Origin: Trichodesmium erythraeum IMS101
GTDB lineage: Bacteria; Cyanobacteriota; Cyanobacteriia; Cyanobacteriales; Microcoleaceae
Assembly: GCF_000014265.1 (NCBI RefSeq)
Contig: NC_008312.1
Span: 4,620,001 to 4,652,000 of the forward strand
Reading direction: 5' to 3'
DNA: 32,000 nucleotides
The notes beneath the pieces are model-generated. The model did not search any database, was not told the origin of the DNA, and saw nothing but the letters and a program-made list of their open reading frames with translations. Below are positions 1-7,681 of this stretch, in pieces; positions within the stretch are counted from its first letter, which is position 1; each line of letters begins with the position of its first letter. The position numbers and the translations under genes were made by a program.

Positions 1-351
1 GGGGGTTTGTTTCTGAAGTATTTTTACTTGGTGACATATTTATATTAAGTCCGGTGTACATAGAAGATTTATTAAAAGAGTAAAACACTTATGCTTTCTG
101 GCAGGAGGCAGAAGGGTTAAAAGGTCAGGAAGCTTTAGGCAAAAGAGTCAGAAGGCTTCGGAAAAACGAGCTTTTTATGAATCTAATTTGGTATTAGTAG
201 TTAGTAGGTGCTAGGTTTTATAGCTAAATTCAGGAGTCAGAAGTTAAATTCGCAGCACGGACTATATTTGATAATTTAGGAATCTAACAGTCATGACAAC
301 TGTTATAAGAAAATGGGAAAAACCTATCAACTACCGCAACTTTTGAATTAT

Positions 352-387
352 ACCATACGGATTAATTTCCAGTTTCTACCGTATGGT
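352..387 (-). repeat. Perfect 9-bp inverted repeat (ACCATACGG ... CCGTATGGT) with an 18-nt loop. Possible transcript-end hairpin about 180 nt downstream of the last MAA-cluster gene.
   Basis: Arms read directly at 352-360 and 379-387. There is no convincing U-tract after it on the minus strand, so terminator function is only a possibility. Confidence 0.3.
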
Positions 388-564
388 CTACACTATTAAC
401 CCAACAACAAGGCAGAAGGAATTTCACCTACAAAGATAGATGTTTTATGTTTCATGTATTGACTGAAAAGGTTTTTCTATCTACTTTAGAGAGTTTTTTC
501 CCAGCCAACAAGTCCCATCTACTCAAGCTGTCTCAAAAATTCATAAAATCCTTGGTATGCTTCT

Positions 565-1650
565 TTAATTCCACTTAAACAAAGAACCACAAGCTACGCG
601 AGTTCTTCCTGCTGCTGCACTCCACAACTCTAGAGCTACATCCTCCAGACTTTCTCCATCTGCTTGAAGCATCCGCGAAATCATAGCAATTTTCCCAAAA
701 GTCCAGAATAAGCCTGCTTCCAGGAAATATGGTTCATTGGTGTTAGTATGTACCCGGAAATCATACAAAGAATAATCGCGACACCCCAATGCAATATGAG
801 CACTTTTAGCTGCATTCGCTAGTTTCTCAAATAACTCTGGAGTAACATTCGCCGGACAAATTGGCTTGGCTATAGGTTTCTCAGGTTGCTTTTCAGGAGT
901 TCCGTCAGATTGAAGTACCAACTTATCATTTACAGTTCTGATAGGATGTTCCTCTGTGACTAAATATTCTATCATAGGTAAAACTTGCAACTCACCCTTG
1001 CGCTCTACCACAGCTACACGCAATTCCCTTCCAGGAATATAATCCTCAACCAACAATTTATCCTCTAATTCAAACCCCTTATCCAAGGCTGCTTCTATCT
1101 GAGATTCATCCCACACCAATGTTACGCCCAAAGAATTGTCTTCCGAAGTTGGTTTCACAACAAAAGGAGGCTTCATTGTTAAAGTTTCTCCCCGCCGTAG
1201 TTGCTGCGCTTTAGCTACTTGTACCCCAGATGCCGAAACAACATTCCGCGTCTGAGCTTTGTTAGTTGCTAGTGCCGTACAATAGGATGGTGACCCCACT
1301 AAAGGTAGATTAAGCATATCCTCAAAAAATGCTCGGAAACTGGTCATACCAAGAAAGCAGAACATGTGGGGAACTACAACATCAATTTGAGGTAGTTGCA
1401 GAATCATGTCCTGAAGTAACATCTTTTCTGATAATGAATCTAAAGAAGCTCCCAACTGCCAAAGACCATCAGGATGTACTACTGCATAATAACTGCTGAC
1501 TCCAACTGGTTGCACTACTTCTTTGGCATAGAGTATTGATAGGTTGTAGTAGAATTCGGAAACACGGGAACCTGCCAGGTGCAAGACTTGTAATCTATTC
1601 ATTGTGGCTAAGGATGAGTGTTGATTTTGATTAATTTCTTCTAATTTCAT
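565..1650 (-). CDS. mysD: MysD-type D-Ala-D-Ala-ligase-like ATP-grasp enzyme, distal paralog (A). Expected to condense a second amino acid onto mycosporine-glycine.
   Basis: 361-aa ORF. By-eye alignment to E. coli DdlB: KPPFVVKPTSEDNSLGV (~IVKPSREGSSVG), EDYIPGRELRVAVV (~EKWLSGPEFTVAIL), omega-loop-like ...NDKLV...ICPA (~EAKYL...FCPA), YFLEAG (~YLLEAN). It is colinear with mysA/B/C on the same strand. Confidence 0.8.
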   Translation of the reverse strand: MKLEEINQNQHSSLATMNRLQVLHLAGSRVSEFYYNLSILYAKEVVQPVGVSSYYAVVHPDGLWQLGASLDSLSEKMLLQDMILQLPQIDVVVPHMFCFLGMTSFRAFFEDMLNLPLVGSPSYCTALATNKAQTRNVVSASGVQVAKAQQLRRGETLTMKPPFVVKPTSEDNSLGVTLVWDESQIEAALDKGFELEDKLLVEDYIPGRELRVAVVERKGELQVLPMIEYLVTEEHPIRTVNDKLVLQSDGTPEKQPEKPIAKPICPANVTPELFEKLANAAKSAHIALGCRDYSLYDFRVHTNTNEPYFLEAGLFWTFGKIAMISRMLQADGESLEDVALELWSAAAGRTRVACGSLFKWN

Positions 1651-1710
1651 TACTAATTATTTTTATTTTATATTTTTTGACTAATTAAATACTAACAGTT
1701 ATCCGCTTTT

Positions 1711-2796
1711 TTAATTCCACTTAAATAAAGAACCACAAGCCACACGAGTTCTTCCTGCTGCTGCACTCCACAACTCTAGGGATACATCCTCCAAACTTTG
1801 CCCATCAGCTTGAAGCATCCGCGAAATCATACTAATTTTCCCAAAACCCCAGAATAAGCCTGCTTCCAGAAAATATGGCTCATTAGTTTCAGCATGTACC
1901 CGGAAATCATACAAAGAATAGTCGCGACAACCCAATGCAATATGAGCATTTTTAGCTGCGTTTACTAGTTTTTCAAATAACTCTGGAGTAACATTCGCCG
2001 GACAAATTGGTTGAGCTATAGGTTTCTCAGGTTGCTTTCCAGGAGTTCCATCAGATTGAAGTACATATTTATCATGTACAGTTCTAATAGGGTGTTCTTC
2101 TGTGACTAAATATTCTATCATCGGCAAGACAGACAACTTACTCTCTCGCTCAACTACAGCTACACGCAATTCCCTTCCAGGAATATAATCTTCAACCAAC
2201 AATTTATTGTCTAATTCAAACCCCTTATCCAAGGCTGCTTCTATCTGAGATTCATCCCACACCAATGTTAACCCCAAAGAATTATCTTCCGAAGTTGGTT
2301 TCACAACAAAAGGAGGTTTCATTGTTAAAGTTTCTCCCCGCCCTAGTTGCTGCGCTTTAGCTACTTGTACCCCAGATGCCAAAACAACATTCCGCGTCTG
2401 AGCTTTGTTAGTTGCTAGTGCCGTACAATAGGATGGTGACCCCACTAAAGGTAGATTAAGCATATCCTCAAAAAATGCTCGGAAACTGGTCATACCAAGA
2501 AAGCAGAACATGTGGGGAACTACAACATCAATTTGAGGCAGTTGCAGAATCATGTCCTGAAGTAACATCTTTTCTGATAATGAATCTAAAGAAGCTCCCA
2601 ACTGCCAAAGACCATCAGGATGTACTACTGCATAATAACTGCTGACTCCAACTGGTTGCACTACTTCTTTGGCATAGAGTATTGATAGGTTGTAGTAGAA
2701 TTCGGAAACACGGGAACCTGCCAGGTGCAAGACTTGTAATCTATTCATTGTGGCTAAGGATGAGTGTTGATTTTGATTGATTTTTTCTAACTTCAT
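1711..2796 (-). CDS. mysD: MysD-type D-Ala-D-Ala-ligase-like ATP-grasp enzyme, proximal paralog (B).
   Basis: 361-aa ORF differing from paralog A at 22 of 361 residues (hand count, about 94% identical). Same motifs as A, but HDKYV replaces NDKLV at residues 241-245. Confidence 0.8.
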   Translation of the reverse strand: MKLEKINQNQHSSLATMNRLQVLHLAGSRVSEFYYNLSILYAKEVVQPVGVSSYYAVVHPDGLWQLGASLDSLSEKMLLQDMILQLPQIDVVVPHMFCFLGMTSFRAFFEDMLNLPLVGSPSYCTALATNKAQTRNVVLASGVQVAKAQQLGRGETLTMKPPFVVKPTSEDNSLGLTLVWDESQIEAALDKGFELDNKLLVEDYIPGRELRVAVVERESKLSVLPMIEYLVTEEHPIRTVHDKYVLQSDGTPGKQPEKPIAQPICPANVTPELFEKLVNAAKNAHIALGCRDYSLYDFRVHAETNEPYFLEAGLFWGFGKISMISRMLQADGQSLEDVSLELWSAAAGRTRVACGSLFKWN

Positions 2797-2977
2797 AATT
2801 ATTGTTATTTTAGATTGTTCTATACTAACAGTATTTAGGAATTTTGATACTTCAATTATTAAGTAATTAACATAGGTCGAATAACTTTTTTGATAATTAT
2901 AAGCTATAAGTGTGTTAATTATTCTTATGTTTACTTCTTATGTAGGGATGTTGCATACAACTTACCTACCTACTCCC

Positions 2978-4078
2978 TTACTTCTTTTTCATATCGCGAA
3001 TATTACACATATTTCCGAAAGCGGTGAGAATTTTACGCGGTGGTTGAACATTGAGCCTACCGTGGACAACCTGTAGGTTATCTATTACTAAAATGTCTCC
3101 TTGTCTCCAGGGAAACACTGTAGCATTTTTCCATTCAGCTTCCCCTAATTCTTTTGCCTCTGCCTCTGTTATTTTCGTATTGTTTCCTTCTTCATTAACC
3201 AAGTACATTTTTGGTTGTGCATTGTCTATCCCTTCCAGATTTCTATACAATTTAGAAGGCAAAAAATTGTAGTATATTATTTCTTTGAATGGATAGCGCT
3301 GCGCAATGCTGCGATACCATTCTCTGGCAACAAAAGAATCAAAAGTGCTGAGACAAAAGCACAGTTTGCCCGTTCTTGGGTGATGGAACACGGGAATGTA
3401 AGAACATTCAAAATAAAGAGAACCATCAGCTTTCCACTCAAAATAAAATTCCCCGTCTTCAAGCATTTTTGTAATTTCCTCTCGCGAGAGTTCCTCGAAA
3501 ACTATTCCTAATAAATGATTAGGAACATTTCTCACAAATTTCTGAGGTGTATTAGCGAATTTATGCTGCAAATTAGGAGACAATTCGTTAAAGATTTTTT
3601 CTGTATTAATAATAGGAGTTTCGCCATATAAAGTGGGTTCAATTTGACAGAAAAAAGCCAGACACATGGGCCTAACTGGCACCATATTCAGTTCATTATG
3701 TGGAGGTATTATCAAATTCCCTGGTGCTTCGGAAGAGGTGAAAACTTTATCAGTTATTCGATTTCTTTGAGAGCTGCCAAAATGATACTTTGATGCCAAT
3801 TTAACATTCAATAGCTCTAGGATATTTTCAAATTGTGCCGCAGTTTCTATTTCAAATCCCCGGAATAATAGAGCGCCGTAGTTGTCTTGCTGTCTATGAA
3901 ACCAATCTCTATTTTCCCTGACTAATTCAGCGAGAACTGAGAAGGATTTTTTCTGGACTGGTTCTATGACTAAAGGTAGTTTTTTTTCACCGGTAGTAAA
4001 ACTTTTTTCCTCATCGCGTAAAAACCGCAATTTAATATTTGATGACAGATAATTTGGTAGTTTTTCAATTGTTAGCAT
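2978..4078 (-). CDS. Fe(II)/2-oxoglutarate-dependent dioxygenase, TauD/TfdA / clavaminate-synthase-like fold. Candidate MysH-type MAA tailoring enzyme.
   Basis: 366-aa ORF. Facial-triad candidates are H127-x-E129 (IIPPHNELN; codon H127 at 3698-3700) and H339 in VIDNLQVVHGRLN, followed by Arg (R341/R348), as in CAS/AsnO/TauD-type enzymes. It is embedded in the MAA cluster. Confidence 0.7.
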   Translation of the reverse strand: MLTIEKLPNYLSSNIKLRFLRDEEKSFTTGEKKLPLVIEPVQKKSFSVLAELVRENRDWFHRQQDNYGALLFRGFEIETAAQFENILELLNVKLASKYHFGSSQRNRITDKVFTSSEAPGNLIIPPHNELNMVPVRPMCLAFFCQIEPTLYGETPIINTEKIFNELSPNLQHKFANTPQKFVRNVPNHLLGIVFEELSREEITKMLEDGEFYFEWKADGSLYFECSYIPVFHHPRTGKLCFCLSTFDSFVAREWYRSIAQRYPFKEIIYYNFLPSKLYRNLEGIDNAQPKMYLVNEEGNNTKITEAEAKELGEAEWKNATVFPWRQGDILVIDNLQVVHGRLNVQPPRKILTAFGNMCNIRDMKKK

Positions 4079-4226
4079 AGCTGAAAAATTGTTACTATTA
4101 TTAGTTTTTGTTTGTATTTTTTTTGATTATTTTTCAACTTTCACACACTGATGTATTTAAACACGGAACTGTCGGCCAAAAAATACATTAAGAGAAAATT
4201 GTGGTAGATGCAATAATTAAACTTAA

Positions 4227-5204
4227 TTAATTAGAAGACTCAACTCCTGTATTAACAGATTTACTTGATATAGCCAAATACATTCCCCATAAAATTATTG
4301 AGAAGCTTACCGAACTCCAGAGATTAATATTTTCCGAGAAAATTATCCAACCTTCGATCATACTAAGAGCAGGAGCACATAATGCAACTAAGCTAGTAAA
4401 CCCAGCAGATAATTTTTTGAGAGAATAAGCCCACAGCCCTATACCTATCATTTGACTACAAAGAGCTTGAATAATGACTGCAAGCCAACCAGTTAATGAA
4501 CTTGGAAAAAGTTGATCCTCAGTAATTAGAACTACAGGTAAGAGCAATAAGGCACTCGTTGTTGAAGACCAAGTCATAATTGTAACTGGGTTGAATTGAG
4601 TGCGAAGTTTCTGAACTATAAGTGGGTGTATACCAAAAAATACTGCTGAGAGTAAAGCTGCTAAGTCTCCTAGTAATTGTTCACTAATTCTAAATGAGAA
4701 AATATCATTCACTTCTAACAAGGCAGAACCACATATCGCCACAAACATACCAAGTAGAAATTTATGGTCAAAGGTTTGACTTAAAGCTAACCATGCTCCT
4801 AACACAGTAAATATAGGCACTAAACTATGGAGCATAGTAGAGTGAGCAATGCTTGTCATGGTTAAAGACCAAGCCCAAAGTATCAGACCAATAGATAAAA
4901 GGATCCCATCTGCTATCAGTAGCATTCCTTTTTTAACTAGTTCTGGTTTATTTAATTCAATTTGAGTTTTATTTTTTTGTTTTCGGTAATTTAAAGTTAA
5001 TAATCCATTTAGTAACCAAAAGGGAATAGCTGCAATCCAAAAACGATTGAATATTGTAGCATTTGGACCAAGATTATACTCGCTTAAACGGATAAAAATT
5101 GGTGAAAAAGATATACAGATTAGACTGCCAATTAATGCAGCTAAACAGTCTATAGGTATTGATGAGAAATGGTTTAATGGTAATAATCTAGCTTGATTGT
5201 TCAT
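4227..5204 (-). CDS. EamA/DMT-superfamily (drug/metabolite transporter) membrane protein.
   Basis: 325-aa ORF that is hydrophobic throughout, with about 10 predicted helices in two similar halves. This is the typical EamA-type size and layout. Confidence 0.7.
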   Translation of the reverse strand: MNNQARLLPLNHFSSIPIDCLAALIGSLICISFSPIFIRLSEYNLGPNATIFNRFWIAAIPFWLLNGLLTLNYRKQKNKTQIELNKPELVKKGMLLIADGILLSIGLILWAWSLTMTSIAHSTMLHSLVPIFTVLGAWLALSQTFDHKFLLGMFVAICGSALLEVNDIFSFRISEQLLGDLAALLSAVFFGIHPLIVQKLRTQFNPVTIMTWSSTTSALLLLPVVLITEDQLFPSSLTGWLAVIIQALCSQMIGIGLWAYSLKKLSAGFTSLVALCAPALSMIEGWIIFSENINLWSSVSFSIILWGMYLAISSKSVNTGVESSN

Positions 5205-5246
5205 CTTTTTTCTAATTGCTGAAATTGAAAAAGTAGTAGTATGATT

Positions 5247-6683
5247 TTATTGTTTACTCAAATCTTTAGGCCAAATTTGCAAATTAGCAATTCCATAAAC
5301 AATAAAGCCTGCTGCCATACCAGGCAAGACTTCATAAATAGCGCTTGATAGGTTAAAGCCTTTATTCCATATAATCGCAACTACTATACCAGTAATCATC
5401 ATTGTTATTGCGACTGGAACCCTTACAGGTTTTTGCCACACTCGCAATACTAACAACGGACCTAAAGCGCAGGCTAAAACTGACCAAGAGAAAATGACCA
5501 AAGCAAATACACTATTGTTTGTTATGAGAGCGATCGCTAATACAAAAGCAGTAACAGCTAAGGTAGCAATTTTAGCTTTTCGATAAGAGTTAGATCCACT
5601 GGGAACTAAATCTTGACTTAGTGCAGCAGAACATGATAATATTTGAGAATCTGCTGTAGAAATAGCTGCAGAAAAAAGTCCTGCTAACATCAACCCTACT
5701 AAAACTGCTGGCAATAATTCTATAGATAGATTCGGTAATGCTAACTCTGGGTCACCAGATGTCATTAATTCAGGTAACAAAACTCTGGCAGTTAATCCTA
5801 TACCAAAAGCTGTAGCCGAATTCATTAGACCGCAGACTAATTTTATGTTACGAGCTAACGCTATATTATCTGCAGAGTCAATTGCCATTGCTCTTACTAA
5901 TACATGAGGTTGACCGACAACACCCAAGCCTGACACCAACCACCCCAAAAAGTAAGGAAAAAACCCCCAAGGTAAATTAGTAGGCATCCAATTTGTTAGA
6001 GTGGGGTCAATGGCATTAAGCTTGACCCAAAGTTCTGTCAACCCTCCACAAGCCAGTAAACTTACTATACACAAAATCAACAGAGATAATATCATTAAAA
6101 TTCCCTGCACAGAGTCAGTCCATATAGAAGCACGGATACCTCCTGAAAAACAGTAGACAACCACAATTACAGCCCCAGCAATAATACCCAGTTCATAGTT
6201 CCAACCAAATATAGCATTCAGTCCTTTGCTTGCTGCTACCAGTTGAGCTGCAGCATAAGTACCCAGAATTCCTATGGTAATTAGTGCTGAAATTATTGTA
6301 ATCGAGCGCCCTTGATTTTTTGGACTTAGATTTTCTTGACCTAAGAATGAGGAGATTGTATCTGAGTCTGTTTCCTGAGAAACTAACCTCAACCTTTTAA
6401 ATATTAACAACCAAGCAATATAGTCTCCTATTGTCCAAGCAAGGGGTATCCAAATAGCAGCAAATCCAACTTTATAGATAAAACCTATCGAACCAATAAA
6501 TAGAAACCCACTCTGACCTGTTGCCATTGCGGATAGTGCTGTCAACCAGGGATTAACATTTCTACTGGCAAGTAAGTAATCAGTTGTTGTATTTTGCTTT
6601 TGTGTTGCGGAGTAAATGCCTACTACTGTAAATGATAGCAAAAAGGCTATAAATGTTATCCCAATCCAAATTTGTTTTTCCAT
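5247..6683 (-). CDS. Sodium:solute symporter family (SSS, PutP/PanF-like) transporter.
   Basis: 478-aa polytopic ORF. The N-terminal signature DYLLASRNVNPWLTALSAMATGQSGFLFIGSIG resembles the SSS motif (YFLAGR...LS..AS..S.W...G.PG). Contains one HIP1 site. Confidence 0.8.
   Translation of the reverse strand: MEKQIWIGITFIAFLLSFTVVGIYSATQKQNTTTDYLLASRNVNPWLTALSAMATGQSGFLFIGSIGFIYKVGFAAIWIPLAWTIGDYIAWLLIFKRLRLVSQETDSDTISSFLGQENLSPKNQGRSITIISALITIGILGTYAAAQLVAASKGLNAIFGWNYELGIIAGAVIVVVYCFSGGIRASIWTDSVQGILMILSLLILCIVSLLACGGLTELWVKLNAIDPTLTNWMPTNLPWGFFPYFLGWLVSGLGVVGQPHVLVRAMAIDSADNIALARNIKLVCGLMNSATAFGIGLTARVLLPELMTSGDPELALPNLSIELLPAVLVGLMLAGLFSAAISTADSQILSCSAALSQDLVPSGSNSYRKAKIATLAVTAFVLAIALITNNSVFALVIFSWSVLACALGPLLVLRVWQKPVRVPVAITMMITGIVVAIIWNKGFNLSSAIYEVLPGMAAGFIVYGIANLQIWPKDLSKQ
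5530..5537. repeat. HIP1 octamer GCGATCGC.
   Basis: Exact match read in the sequence. Confidence 0.95.
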
Positions 6684-6699
6684 TTTTCACTATTAAATT

Positions 6700-7025
6700 G
6701 TAGTATTATTTTATTGTTTACTCAAACTTTTAGGCAAAACCGTAAAATTAGCAATTCCAAAAAAATAAAACCTGCGACGATGCCAGGTAAGACTTCATTA
6801 ATAGCAATTGATTAGGTTAAGTTCTTTATTCCAGATAATGGCAATAATTATACCTGCAATCATTATCAATCATTGTTATTGCTACTGGAACACTTATAGT
6901 TTTTTGCCACACTGGCAATACCAATAACCGACCCAAAGCACAGGCTAAAATTTACCAGGAGAAAATCACCAAAGCAAATATACTATTATTTATTATCAGA
7001 GCTATCCCTAACACAACAGCAAAAC
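6700..7025 (-). pseudogene. Decayed 3'-terminal fragment (roughly the last 100 codons) of a second SSS symporter copy.
   Basis: 6711-7020 aligns with 5247-5560 (offset 1464) at clearly non-random identity, including the stop-proximal TTATTGTTTACTCAAA. It carries indels (for example an extra TATCAAT in ATCATTATCAATCATTGTTATTGC) and in-frame stops. The HIP1 site of the intact copy has decayed to GCTATCCC. Confidence 0.8.
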
Positions 7026-7681
7026 ATAATATAATAATATATCTTATTTTATTCTGCTGTATCTAATGATTTCTCAAGTTGGAGGGAGGCGAGGTTCTAC
7101 TTCTTTAGAGCTGACAAACTATTTATTAGCTTTTCTGCTAAAAGTTACAAACTTGGGATTAAAATCATGTGGCAATATTTCATAAGTTTTCAGCCATCAA
7201 ATTTGAGGTAACTTTAAACGACCTACCCCCCTGACTCCCCTACCACTAAGTTGATAGATGTAGGTATGGAACCATTAAGGGTAAAACTATCATTTCTGCC
7301 TTTTTTTCTTGAGTTTAGGTTGACCATACACTTTGGTAAATTTTCGTTTCCAAGCAACTGAAACAATACCTCAAAGCATATCAAGGAGGTGTTAAGTGAA
7401 ACTGCTTAGTACGAATAGTTTTTTTTCGGTTTAACTATTGCTACTAAAAGTTTATGCAGATAAATTGCAGTCGGAAATTTGATGTTACCACCTTGATTAC
7501 CCATGTTATGATTTAATATATTTTGGGTTATGATATCCAGCTTACTTGCATGAATTGTTATAAACTTACAAGATTATAGCTAACAGCTTATGTAGCCTTG
7601 AGTTTTTAGCTGACTTGTAAACGCTGCTTGCAAATAAATAAGTATCTTGTCTAGAAAAGACAAATAGCTAAATAGTGACCT

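Larger units (their letters stand above)
565..2796 (-). repeat. Tandem gene duplication, period 1146 bp (two mysD copies separated by a 60-bp spacer).
   Basis: Position-by-position comparison of 565-1650 with 1711-2796. The repeat starts essentially at the stop codons (TTAATTCCACTTAAA...). Confidence 0.95.

Noticed and set aside
228-246. 14-mer TCAGGAGTCAGAAG shared (as reverse complement) with 15842-15855. Also the 12-mer CAACTTACCTAC shared between about 2959-2970 and about 10844-10855.
   Set aside because: In 32 kb searched on both strands, several 12-14-mer coincidences are expected by chance. There is no extended similarity around them.
3051-3511. Track ORFs 3051-3272(+), 3215-3511(+) and 3277-3462(-) inside the dioxygenase gene.
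   Set aside because: They overlap a 366-aa ORF with clear family motifs, either antisense or out of frame. They are low-complexity and carry no recognisable motifs.
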